Part shown: positions 21,569 to 30,359 of the stretch, piece after piece
How the letters are laid out: the number at the start of each line of letters is the position of its first letter
How positions within the stretch are numbered: position 1 is the stretch's first letter
Made by a program: the position numbers and the translations under genes
The notes under the pieces: model-generated
The model's database searches: none
What the model was told of the DNA's origin: nothing
Seen by the model: the letters and a program-made list of their open reading frames with translations, nothing else
NCBI GenBank assembly: GCA_002633185.1
Contig: NWBM01000002.1
Span: 209,640 to 273,639, forward strand
Reading direction: 5' to 3'
DNA: 64,000 nt
Source: Lachnospiraceae bacterium Phil5
GTDB lineage: Bacteria > Bacillota > Clostridia > TANB77 > CAG-508

Positions 21569-21660
21569 TTGTAATAATAAAAGAAAAATAGAAGCGGTAT
21601 TAAATGTAAAAATTAATTCCACTTCTATTTTTATAACTCAATATTTTACAATTTCATATA

Positions 21661-22636
21661 TTACATATCTGCCAAAGGATTGCTTTCAACAGCATTACGT
21701 ACTTGTTCATTTGCAACGTGTGTATATATTTCAGTAGTAGAAATACTTTCATGTCCTAATAATTCTTGTAAAGCTCTAATATCTACGTTACCATATTGAT
21801 ACATAAGAGTAGCAGCTGTATGTCTTAATTTATGTACAGAATATTTATTTGAGTCTAATCCAGCACGACGTAGTTCTTGTTTAACTATGTATTGAACAGT
21901 TCTATTACTAATACGTTCTTTACGTTCACTTAAAAATAAAGCATCACGAGAATCGTTTTTAACGGCATCATGTGGCCTAATAGTTAAATAACTATTAATA
22001 GCATTCATACAAGCTTTATTTAAGTATATAGTGCGTTCTTTGTTACCTTTACCAATAACTGTCATTTTACAATCATTAAAATTTATATCTTTCATATTAA
22101 TGCCAACTAATTCAGAAAGACGCATACCACAATTTAGGAATAATGTAATAATAGCAAAATCTCTCTCTTTGTTCCTGTCATCTATATTAGTAGCCGCTTC
22201 TAGGAGTTTTTTGCTATCATCTAAAGATAAGTATTTAGGAACACGTTTATCTTGTTTTGGAGTCTCTAAGTTCTGCGCTGGATTCTTTTCTATTAAACCG
22301 TGCCTTGCTACACATATAGTTAAAGAACACACGAATACTTGCCGTTTTTCTAGCACGAGTAGCGGCTTTACTTTGAAAATTATTCTTTAAATAGAACAAA
22401 TATGCATGTATATCTTCAAGCTTTATTTTAGCAACCGTATCTATACTCATATCATGAATATCAATTTCTTTTATATCTTTCTTATCTGTCATTCTAAAAT
22501 GCATGAGAATGAATTTTAAGAAGTTATTTAAGTCATAGTTGTATTCCTTGATAGTGTTAGGTGATTTATTTAAAATAGTAGCTGTATAATCTAAAAATGA
22601 ATTTAAAAAATATGGATTTCCTTCTGTATTTATCAT
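21661..22636 (-). pseudogene. XerC/XerD-type tyrosine recombinase, split by a frameshift
   Basis: The N-terminal ORF (22247-22636) ends ...IRVFFNYM. The C-terminal ORF (21661-22356) continues GLIEKNP... in another frame and carries R (GMRLSEL), K, HKLRHT and LGHESISTTEIYTHV. Confidence 0.8.
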
Positions 22637-22782
22637 AAAAAAATCAGTCCTTTCTTTTGTAAAAATAGTATTATCTTAAGCAAATTTTATAATTAGTTTT
22701 AAAAAAAGTCAATATATGTAGTAAAGAAAGAAGCCTTCACTATTGGTTAGTGAAAGCTCCCTCTTTTTAAATTTGAGTATTC

Positions 22783-22932
22783 TTACTGGTCTTCATCACG
22801 ATCGTCATACGCTGCCTTATAATCAGCCGCTACTTCGTTTCCGCAGATAGGACATACAATGAAAGTAGCACCATCTGATGCTCTTCCACTAATTTCTTCT
22901 CCGCATGCAGGACAATTCATGTTGTATTCCAT
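22783..22932 (-). CDS. 49-aa zinc-ribbon protein (CPAC...CPIC)
   Basis: AGGAGGTA SD, ATG at 22932, two CxxC pairs and a hairpin downstream. Below the ORF-track cut-off. Confidence 0.5.
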   Translation of the reverse strand: MEYNMNCPACGEEISGRASDGATFIVCPICGNEVAADYKAAYDDRDEDQ

Positions 22933-23146
22933 AATAGAATACCTCCTTTTTAATGTTGCGCAAGCAGTAATACCACTTACATAGACCTAGTTAGTAGTAT
23001 AATATGGAAGAACCACAATACACTCTAACGCTTAATATGTTACTTAATGACTTTGTCATCTTATAACGTTAAATATTATATCACATATTTAAATTAATTG
23101 CAATATTACACATAATTGAACGAACAATAACAATATAAAAAAATTG

Positions 23147-23212
23147 CAAAAATAACGACGCACGAGAATCGATTTTAAGGCGTTTTTAAAAATTAGGCAT
23201 ATAGTTTGTTGT
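23147..23212 (-). repeat. inverted partial copy (box iii) of the island's AT-rich repeat, copy r1
   Basis: About 65 bp, near-identical to 24714-24778. Its reverse complement aligns with AAAACAACAA..TATATG.CT..TTTT.TAAAAA.G.CTTAAAA of copies c1-c5. Confidence 0.7.
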
Positions 23213-23340
23213 CTGCAAAAAGCTACCATTTATTGAAATATAAGCATTTTCAAGATTTTCAAAAAATTATATTTCAAGTTGAAAAAAATTTTTTAGTATG
23301 TTATTATTTTTTTGATATTATATAAAAAGGAGAAAATGTT

Positions 23341-24159
23341 ATGGGATTATTTAGTAAAAAGTATTGTTGCCTATGTGGCGAAAAAGTTGGATTATTAGGT
23401 GGACTAAAATTAAAAGATGGAGACCTATGTAAAGAATGTAAGAAAAAATTATCTCCATTTTTCGATGATGGAAAAGAATCAACAGTTGAAGATATAAAGA
23501 AACAAATTGCTGCTAGAGAAGAAAATTATAAACAATTAGATAATTTACAAATCAATAAAATATATGGAGAGTTTGGAGTTATATTAATTGATGAAACAAA
23601 TAAAAAGTTTGTTGCAGTAGCAGATACAAGTGATGGTTTGTTTAAATCTCCTAAAGTAGTTAAAAGCATTGAAGACATTAAAGATAAAAATCCTGATATA
23701 ATAGATTTCAAGGATATTGAAGATGTTGATATAAAAATAATTGAAACAACAAGAGAAGAAAAACAAACTATAGATGGACAGCAAGTTAGCTATGATCCAA
23801 AGCATTATACTTATATGATTGGTTTTGATGTAATTATTAAAGTAAATCATCCATATATTAAAACAATAAGAATAAGTCTAAAGAATGGAACTGTACAAAT
23901 TTATAATGAAGGAAGAAGATTAAAAGATGACTATGTAACTGGATTTATAAGAGATAGATTTGGAATAACAAGAGTTGAAGACAGAGCTGTTCACTACGAC
24001 AATTTAACAATACAAAATATTGTATCTAATGCTATGAAAGAAATGCCTGAATATTCATTTGGTTTTAAATGTACATTAAAGAATTATGACAGTATTAGAG
24101 AATATGCTTATTATTTAGCTTTATGTGATGATATAAAAACAACATTATTAAATAAATAA
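23341..24159 (+). CDS. DUF4428-like protein with N-terminal zinc ribbon
   Basis: N-terminus MGLFSKKYCCLCGEKVGLLGGLKLKDGDLCKECKKKLSPFF, which fits my recollection of the DUF4428 pattern. Good SD. Confidence 0.5.
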   Translation: MGLFSKKYCCLCGEKVGLLGGLKLKDGDLCKECKKKLSPFFDDGKESTVEDIKKQIAAREENYKQLDNLQINKIYGEFGVILIDETNKKFVAVADTSDGLFKSPKVVKSIEDIKDKNPDIIDFKDIEDVDIKIIETTREEKQTIDGQQVSYDPKHYTYMIGFDVIIKVNHPYIKTIRISLKNGTVQIYNEGRRLKDDYVTGFIRDRFGITRVEDRAVHYDNLTIQNIVSNAMKEMPEYSFGFKCTLKNYDSIREYAYYLALCDDIKTTLLNK

Positions 24160-24164
24160 TAATT

Positions 24165-24197
24165 TAAATTTCCACTTTTTATAGTGGAAATTTTTTT
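24165..24197 (+). terminator. intrinsic terminator
   Basis: AAATTTCCAC-loop-GTGGAAATTT hairpin followed by a T-run. Confidence 0.65.
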
Positions 24198-24199
24198 GT

Positions 24200-24640
24200 T
24201 TTTGTGCAAAGAAGCGGAAGAGTAGGGGAGGTAGAGGCATTTTGAAAGATAATAAAATAAATTTTAAATAATTTTAATAAATTGATTAAATAAAATTTTT
24301 TCAAAAAAGAAATAGGGAGAATAGACAGAATAAAATTTATACAAATAAAAAAATTTATAAAATAATTAAAATCAAAAAATTAATTTTAAAATTTAAAATT
24401 TAAAATTTTTACAAATTTATTTTTAAAATTTTTATGCGAACATTTGTGTTAAAAATATTTTTTTACAAAATTCTAAAATCTGATTTAAAAATTTTATTTT
24501 TGGATTTTTTTTAAATAAAATTTTATAGTATAAGTTTATAATTAAAATTATATTCAGACGTCTCAAAATCGTTTTTAAGACATTTATATTATTTAGACAT
24601 CAAATTATATATATAAATAATTTCGGATACTATTTTTTTA
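24200..24640. repeat. scrambled AT-rich repeat-derived segment
   Basis: Contains box i TTTTGTGCAAA (24200-24210), inverted box ii GTAGGGGAG (24222-24230) and an inverted box iii-like segment near 24573-24588. Confidence 0.4.
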
Positions 24641-24713
24641 AATAATTAAAACTGGTTATTTCTATGAAAAAAACTGATATAACTTGGGTTTCTAAGGAAC
24701 TCCTAAAAAGTGC

Positions 24714-24886
24714 CAAAATAACAACGCACGAGAATCGATTTTAAGGCGTTTTTAAAAATTAGACATATAGTTTGTTGTTATTAAGATAAACTTAATATAG
24801 CAAAAAGCGTGATATAGCAGTAATTATAAGGTATTAGTTGATATAGGCCTATATATAATTTTTGTCCTACCCCTATTTGCACAAAA
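24714..24886 (-). repeat. short inverted copy of the AT-rich repeat (r2)
   Basis: Inverted box iii at 24714-24778 and inverted box i TTGCACAAAA at 24877-24886, abutting copy c1 head-to-head. Confidence 0.6.
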
Positions 24887-24887
24887 C

Positions 24888-25255
24888 TTTCATTTTGTGC
24901 AATGTTATATTTCGGTTTTTGGTACCCTATATAGAGATAATTTTAAAAATTTTCCTACCTCTCTTCTATCACTTTTTAGCTTCTAACATGTAATTACCAA
25001 AATTAAATTTTATTCATTTTATATTTATTATTTTATTATTCTGATTATATTTTCTTTTCCAAACTCATTTTTTACTTTTTGAAAAATATTTTTATAAATT
25101 TAATTTTTATTTTTAATTTGTAAAAAATTAATCATTATACTAAAAATTACTATTTTTCTCCCCTACTTCTCAAATTCGTTAAAATTCAAGAAATTATAAA
25201 ACAACAAGTTTATATATCTTTTTTATAAAAATGTCTTAAAACTCATCCTTGTTCT
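24888..25255 (+). repeat. AT-rich cassette repeat, copy c1
   Basis: Boxes CTTTCATTTTGTGCAATGTT ... TTATACTAAAAATT.CTATTTT.CTCCCCTACTTCTCAAA ... AAAACAACAAGTTTATAT..CTTTTTTATAAAAATGTCTTAAAA. Confidence 0.8.
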
Positions 25256-25332
25256 TATTAAAATGTATTATAAATAATAAACAAGACTCTCAATTTTGGA
25301 TTGAAAGTCTTGTTTATTTGGTCAGTAATTTT

Positions 25333-25563
25333 TTACTTAATGATATACTTGGCAAGTTCTTTAGCTGCCTTTGCAGATTCCAGTTTGCCACGTTCAATGT
25401 TTCGACGCACGATTGGTAAGTTTCGCATATATTTTGCATTTACCATGCTGCGTATGGCTTTGGGTTTAGACTGCATTGGCTCATCTAAACAAGAATCCCA
25501 TACAAATTCTCTAGGTTCATCTAGACATGGATTCCGAACCATTTTTTGGGGCTTGTTGCTCAT
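25333..25563 (-). CDS. small basic protein (76 aa), third gene of cassette A
   Basis: GAGGTG SD before ATG 25563. No family recognised. Confidence 0.5.
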   Translation of the reverse strand: MSNKPQKMVRNPCLDEPREFVWDSCLDEPMQSKPKAIRSMVNAKYMRNLPIVRRNIERGKLESAKAAKELAKYIIK

Positions 25564-25573
25564 GTCAAACACC

Positions 25574-25759
25574 TCACTTAAATTTATGACGTTTGCTCCT
25601 CATTGTTACAGAACTATCTTGCTTTAACCTGTTAGCTTCATCAAGCTCTTTTTGCAGTCTTGGCAAAGCTCTTTTCTCTGAAGCAATCAGTTCGCCATAC
25701 CGAGGAACATGTACTGTAGCAATTGTAAAGCTGATTTTGGGCTTTTCACTAGTTTCCAT
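25574..25759 (-). CDS. 61-aa basic protein (METSEKPKI...YGELIASEKRALPRLQKEL), paralog of 28729-28914
   Basis: GGAAGG SD before ATG 25759. About 70 percent identical by eye to the cassette B copy. Confidence 0.6.
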   Translation of the reverse strand: METSEKPKISFTIATVHVPRYGELIASEKRALPRLQKELDEANRLKQDSSVTMRSKRHKFK

Positions 25760-25782
25760 AGAATTTACCTTCCATTCATATT

Positions 25783-25995
25783 TTAGCAACAACCATGGGT
25801 TTTAGCCCAAACTGATGCATCTGCATCGTTTTCACGTTGCTTTTTGCATTTTTCAGCTAGTTGTCTGTTCGTTTTTGCAATCTTTTCAGGATCAGCAGGA
25901 ACAACCTTTGCACGTTTTAGTGGAACTCCTGGACATAAATCACGCATTTTTCCATTAGGTAAGTGTATATACCTCTTTTGACGAATTATTTTCAT
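25783..25995 (-). CDS. 70-aa basic protein ending KTHGCC, paralog of 29137-29349
   Basis: GGAGGA SD. MKIIR.KRYIHLPNGKMR.LCPGV is conserved in both copies. Confidence 0.65.
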   Translation of the reverse strand: MKIIRQKRYIHLPNGKMRDLCPGVPLKRAKVVPADPEKIAKTNRQLAEKCKKQRENDADASVWAKTHGCC

Positions 25996-26179
25996 TTACG
26001 TTTCCTCCGAATTTAGGTTGTAAGCAAGTAAGCTGACCTTCTTACTAACTTATGGCTTTGTTAGTGCTGAACACGAATATATGCAAATTCTGCATTATTC
26101 CACTAACCTGGACTATATAAACAGGCTAAGTGCCTGGAATTTATGGATTTATATTATCATCTTTTATGTAAAATGTCAA
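25996..26179 (-). promoter_or_regulatory. island promoter plus conserved structured leader, copy A
   Basis: TTGACA (26174-26179), 17 bp, TAATAT (26151-26156), then a leader of about 150 nt shared with copies B, C and D. Confidence 0.7.
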
Positions 26180-26190
26180 TTTTTTAATTA

Positions 26191-27306
26191 TTATCTTTCT
26201 TCTTCTCGTTCACACAATTCTTTATTATAAACATCTCTTGCACTTTCATATGGTATAAAATTAAAATCAAAATAAGTGTAATACCCTCCTTTAGGTAAAC
26301 TTAAATATGTATTAATTTCATTATTTGCTTTTTCAGAAATTTCATTAATTCTAACTGTTCCATCTTCAGTTAATACTAATGGCACAACATATCTTGTTTT
26401 TGCCTTAACATTTACACAGTATTTATCTTGTATCTTGCTATTACTTTGATACACCGTATTAGCATTTTGGAATTTTTTGAAACTTTCTGATAAATAACTA
26501 TCTTCGCAATTCAAAAACTTATTAATTATTTCACTTTCAGATAAACTATATAAGTCATCAATGGTTAAATATCCCGCATTGTTCATAGATTTACACATAT
26601 CTGCTAAAAATTGCATAACTGTTCTATCTTTATCGCTTACCCATTCAGGCCATAGCTTTGATATAATACTAATATATTCTTCACATACTTCCTTATCTTT
26701 AAATACTAGTTCATCTATTCCATATTCATTTTTTGCAATTGTTATATTATTATATATCTTTCTTATTTTGTCTAATTCCCAAACTCTAAAGAATGTTAAT
26801 CCACTTGCAAATGTATATTCAAATCTATCTGCAGATAATTTTGGTGTATCATTATCTGCTATTGGATATTTTTTATAATCATCTACATCTTGTAATTTTA
26901 TACCATCTCTTTCAAGTAACCACATTATTCTTTTTGAATTTTTAATGATATCTGTTGTTCTTTCTTCAGTAGATTCTTGTGTTTCAGAGTCTCCATTCAT
27001 AAAGTCAATACAGTGTTTGAATACTGGTGTTGCAATATCGTGAAACAATCCTGCTAAAGTTTGTTTTTTATCATGCGTGAAATTCCATATAATAAGTGCA
27101 ACACCTACACTGTGATCTAAATTAGAATACCAGTATTTAACGTTGAAACATTTAGAATAATCTGTTCCACAACTCATACTAATTTTACCTATTCTTTCCA
27201 TTTCTGGAGTATTAATATATTCCAAGAGCCATTCTGGAAATTCTGGCGATAATATACTAAAATATTCTTTTACTTCGTCATTTAAATTATTATAATAGTT
27301 GTTCAT
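26191..27306 (-). CDS. HD-domain phosphohydrolase-family protein (371 aa)
   Basis: The HD signature GLFHDIATPVFKH and an upstream His in the N-terminal half. Own promoter TTGATA, 17 bp, TATAAT near 27340-27370. Confidence 0.7.
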   Translation of the reverse strand: MNNYYNNLNDEVKEYFSILSPEFPEWLLEYINTPEMERIGKISMSCGTDYSKCFNVKYWYSNLDHSVGVALIIWNFTHDKKQTLAGLFHDIATPVFKHCIDFMNGDSETQESTEERTTDIIKNSKRIMWLLERDGIKLQDVDDYKKYPIADNDTPKLSADRFEYTFASGLTFFRVWELDKIRKIYNNITIAKNEYGIDELVFKDKEVCEEYISIISKLWPEWVSDKDRTVMQFLADMCKSMNNAGYLTIDDLYSLSESEIINKFLNCEDSYLSESFKKFQNANTVYQSNSKIQDKYCVNVKAKTRYVVPLVLTEDGTVRINEISEKANNEINTYLSLPKGGYYTYFDFNFIPYESARDVYNKELCEREEER

Positions 27307-27424
27307 TTAAATTACCTCCATCTTTTTTGTATTATATCATAAATATTTTAATATATCAAGAAGCGGATTTAAATGCTGCATAAAAAAAATTTGACATATA
27401 ATATAATGGTGTTATAATAATATT

Positions 27425-27488
27425 AGCATTGTAATGTAACCGATTCATGCTGACAATTGATATGTGTGTGATGACACATATCTTTTTT
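27425..27488 (+). ncRNA. predicted small RNA 1 (module 1)
   Basis: TTGACA (27391-27396), 16 bp, TATAAT (27413-27418). Internal hairpin UAGCAU/AUGCUG and terminator GATATGTGT-loop-ACACATATC plus a T-run. The 5' half is conserved at 31824-31890. Confidence 0.5.
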
Positions 27489-27571
27489 ATATAAAAAAAA
27501 GGTAACAGAATATAAATGATGTATGAAAAATTTTATTTGACATATAATAAGAATGATGCTATAATAATTAT

Positions 27572-27647
27572 AGCTTAAGCAAATGTTGTTTTGTATAACC
27601 ATATAACAACACACTAGATATGTGAGGAGAACACATATCTTTTTTTT
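27572..27647 (+). ncRNA. predicted small RNA 2 (module 1), antisense to the neighbouring small-ORF initiation region
   Basis: TTGACA (27537-27542), 17 bp, TATAAT (27560-27565), and terminator GATATGTG-loop-CACATATC plus T8. 27592-27614 repeats 27780-27804 on the same strand, so it is complementary to the convergent mRNA. Confidence 0.55.
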
Positions 27648-27701
27648 GCTCAAAAAAAGAAACAGAGCAGGGAGAAACTGCTCTGAACTACTATGTAGTT
27701 T

Positions 27702-27800
27702 TTAGTTGTCATTGTTGTTCTGATACTTTTTCAATTCTTCATTTAATCTTGCGATTTCTTGAAGAAGAATCCATATCAATGTATAACCATTTATAACAAT
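27702..27800 (-). CDS. candidate small toxin-like peptide (module 1), start codon unclear (TTG 27779 or ATT 27800)
   Basis: Promoter TTGTAT (27870-27875), 17 bp, TATAAT (27847-27852); SD AAAGGGGG; terminator hairpin 27664-27686. ...GYTLIWILLQEI...NNNDN resembles the module 2 peptide. No canonical ATG in frame. Confidence 0.3.
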   Translation of the reverse strand: MVINGYTLIWILLQEIARLNEELKKYQNNNDN

Positions 27801-27950
27801 ACACCCCCTTTCTTTCAAGGGATTGTCCAAATACATGGACCTTTTAATTATATCGTAAAATCGACTCAAATACAATGACTATTCTGTGAGTTTTGTAATT
27901 TATTTTTCGACATATTTTTTATTAAATAGTAAAAATTTTGTTTCGATATT

Positions 27951-28432
27951 AAAGTGCGACATTTTTCGAAAAACGCATATTTTATTGATACATGTAAAAT
28001 ACATTGTTTGTTTATTTCAATACCGTTTTGGGATTTTTACACTCTTTAATTTTTCTAAACTTATATATAAAATTTACCTCATAGAAAATAGTCTTATTAC
28101 TTTCATTTTGTGCAATGTTTCATATCGGATTTTGATACCCTGTATCATGTAATTTACAAAATTTAATTTTATTCATTTTATATTTATTATTTAATATTTT
28201 ATTATATTTTCTAGGTTAGATTTTGTTTTCCAAACTTATTTTTACTTTTTTACTTTAAAAAATTATTTTATATAATTTCTTTTTATTTTTTAATTTATAA
28301 AAATTTAATCATTATACTAAAAATTGCTATTTTACTCCCCTACTTCTCAAACTCATTAAAATTTAAGAAATTATAAAACAACAAAGTTATATGTCTTTTT
28401 TATAAAAATCTCTTAAAATCCATCCTCGTTTC
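27951..28432 (+). repeat. AT-rich cassette repeat, copy c2 (with ~150-bp 5' extension shared with c5)
   Basis: Same three boxes. The extension AAAGTGCGACATTTTT...TTCTAAACTTATATATAAAATTTACCTCATAGAAAATAGTCTTATTAC is near-identical to 34239-34388. Confidence 0.8.
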
Positions 28433-28524
28433 TATAATATAGGAAACTATTTAACGTTTAACCATATAACAAAATAGAGTATTTACTGTAAAGTAAGTAC
28501 TCTATTTATAGGTCAGTTGTTAAA

Positions 28525-28719
28525 TTAGTCTGAATATGTTTCATCGGCAATTTTCATTGCTGTTTGTGATTCTGTTCGGTGTTGCTTAGCTGAACGTGAT
28601 ACTCTCTCGTTTATACGCTCTGCAGTTTGAACATCTAAGCTTTCAATTCTAATAGTTCTGCCTTTGCAAGATTTCTTTTTAAGAAGAGAGCCAGAGCTAT
28701 ATTTGTTTTTATCTTCCAT
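28525..28719 (-). CDS. 64-aa hypothetical protein (cassette B, last gene)
   Basis: AGGAGGGA SD. Unrelated to the cassette A third gene. Confidence 0.55.
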   Translation of the reverse strand: MEDKNKYSSGSLLKKKSCKGRTIRIESLDVQTAERINERVSRSAKQHRTESQTAMKIADETYSD

Positions 28720-28728
28720 ATGTCCCTC

Positions 28729-28914
28729 CTATTTCCTTTTACGATGTCGACTCATCATGGTTCTATGGCTTTCCACCTTTAACCGATTAGCGTCGTTAAG
28801 TTCTTTTTGCAATCTTGGTAAAGCTCTTTTTTCACTAGCAATAAGCTCACCATAACGATGACAAGGAATTACAGCTTTCATTGATTCAATCTTGGGTTTC
28901 TCACTAGTTTCCAT
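28729..28914 (-). CDS. 61-aa basic protein, paralog of 25574-25759
   Basis: GGAGGG SD and conserved YGELIASEKRALPRLQKEL. Confidence 0.6.
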   Translation of the reverse strand: METSEKPKIESMKAVIPCHRYGELIASEKRALPRLQKELNDANRLKVESHRTMMSRHRKRK

Positions 28915-28920
28915 CAGAAT

Positions 28921-29118
28921 TTACCCTCCATTAACAAAATGTTTGAATTGCTTTTTTACTGCCGCATTATTTGCTTCTGTCTGAATTGATATTTGGTTTT
29001 CAAGAAAATAAGCTGCTTTTGATGATATCTGTCCTTTAGGTGGTTCAATAATTTTTCTTGTGCTGCTGGATTGCAGAAGTTCTTTAGGTATAAACCGTTT
29101 TATATTAGAGTCTTTCAT
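28921..29118 (-). CDS. 65-aa hypothetical protein (present only in cassette B)
   Basis: AGGAGG SD. No family recognised. Confidence 0.5.
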   Translation of the reverse strand: MKDSNIKRFIPKELLQSSSTRKIIEPPKGQISSKAAYFLENQISIQTEANNAAVKKQFKHFVNGG

Positions 29119-29136
29119 ATAGATACCTCCTAAGCA

Positions 29137-29349
29137 TCAACAGCAACCATGAGTTTTAGTCCAAACTTTTGCTTCAGCATCATTCTCACGTTGCTTTTTG
29201 CATTTTTTAGCTAGTTTTTTGTTCGTTTTGGCTATCTTTTCAGGATCAGCAGGAATAACTTTTGCGCCTTTTATTAGAACTCCTGGACATAACTCCCGCA
29301 TTTTTCCATTAGGTAAGTGAATATACCTTTTGGGGCGTATAATTTTCAT
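29137..29349 (-). CDS. 70-aa basic protein ending KTHGCC, paralog of 25783-25995
   Basis: AGGAGG SD. More than 80 percent identical by eye to the cassette A copy. Confidence 0.65.
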   Translation of the reverse strand: MKIIRPKRYIHLPNGKMRELCPGVLIKGAKVIPADPEKIAKTNKKLAKKCKKQRENDAEAKVWTKTHGCC

Positions 29350-29536
29350 TAATGTATCCTCCTAATTTAAGGTTGTAAGCAAAGTAAGCTGACCTTCTTA
29401 CTTGCTATGGCTTTGTTAGTGCTGAACACGAATATCTGCAAATTCTGCATTATTCCACTAACGCTTACTATATGTAAACAGGCTGTTTGCCTGGAATTTA
29501 TGGGATTATATTATCATCTTTTATGTAAAAAGTCAA
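29350..29536 (-). promoter_or_regulatory. island promoter plus conserved structured leader, copy B
   Basis: TTGACT (29531-29536), 17 bp, TAATAT (29508-29513), then the conserved leader. Confidence 0.7.
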
Positions 29537-29630
29537 TTTTTCTATTGTGCTCTTACCAACAAGAATCTTTTGTATTTCGCTTTTTTGACTTTTATCGGAA
29601 TTTCCGACAAAAGATTAATGATTTTATTAA

Positions 29631-29670
29631 TAAAATAAAAAAGCCTAAAATTTTATATATTTCAGGCTTC
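29631..29670 (-). terminator. intrinsic terminator downstream of the Abi remnant
   Basis: AAGCCT-loop-AGGCTT hairpin with a T-run on the minus strand. Confidence 0.55.
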
Positions 29671-29673
29671 AGA

Positions 29674-29712
29674 ATGACTTAGAGCTTCTAGAGTTTTCTA
29701 AGTACCGTTCAT
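29674..29712 (-). repeat. structured direct repeat X1 flanking the Abi remnant
   Basis: ATGAACGGTAC-TTAG-AAAACTCTAGAAGCT-CTAA-GTCAT on the minus strand. The partner copy at 30360-30398 has compensatory stem changes. Confidence 0.55.
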
Positions 29713-29731
29713 TATTATTATATTCTAGTTT

Positions 29732-30321
29732 TTAATTATTATTCAAAGGAAAGCCCATTACAGATAAAATTGCATCTATTTTTATAGAATGTAAATTTTC
29801 TTTAAGTTTATCTATTTCATCATTTATAGAATTGCATAAATCTTTATATTGATCCTTTGTTAGTAGCTTTTCCATACATCTAATTACCATATATAAGTTA
29901 GTTATATTATCTGATTTTTCATAGTCCTTATCAATAAGTTTAAATGAAAGATAAAATTTACTAGTATAACTATATAATCTATCAGAGTGGGCTGCAATAT
30001 TTCTTACAGTAGATAAGTTTTTTAGTATTTGTTTTAATAACTTATCTGATATTCTAAAATACTTTGCAACTGCTTGTCTATCACTTTGCTTTAAAAGTCC
30101 ATAATAACTACTTGCTACTCCAAATGTAAGAACCTTTGTTAGAACAAATGGTGGTACAAATCCATATTTGTTTATGTAATGTGTTACTGCAGTATGAGTA
30201 TTATAATCCTTTTCGATTTCTGCATTTATTTTATTAAGCAAATTTTCTTTTATATTATTATTCTTACGCCTTTTGACTCCAAATAATCTATTAATTCTTC
30301 GTTAGTTCTATATTCTTTCAT
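29732..30321 (-). pseudogene. Abi_2 (AbiD/AbiF-like) abortive-infection gene remnant
   Basis: The 169-aa ORF carries FG....YY and VRNIAAHSDRLY, typical of Abi_2. A 23-aa N-terminal piece (MKEYRTNEELIDYLESKGVRIII, 30250-30321) lies in another frame, and the expected ~100 aa between the two pieces is missing. Confidence 0.6.
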
Positions 30322-30359
30322 TAAATAGTTAAACTCTCCTTGCTTTTATAGTAAAAAAA

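Noticed and set aside
24888-24902. The conserved ATGAAAG (minus strand of box i) as the start of a short ORF.
   Set aside because: There is no SD upstream, and the downstream peptides are 6-12 codons with unrelated sequences in different copies.
26060-26110. An upstream ORF starting ATGCAGAATTTGCA inside the island leader.
   Set aside because: Reading-frame length and frame differ between copies (about 16, 27 and 10 codons), and the ORF is absent from copy D. The conservation is at RNA or DNA level, not protein level.
26151-26179. The TTATGTAAA in the island promoters resembles the XerD arm of Bacillus dif.
   Set aside because: The opposite arm and central region do not resemble dif. The match coincides with the promoter spacer and is probably fortuitous.
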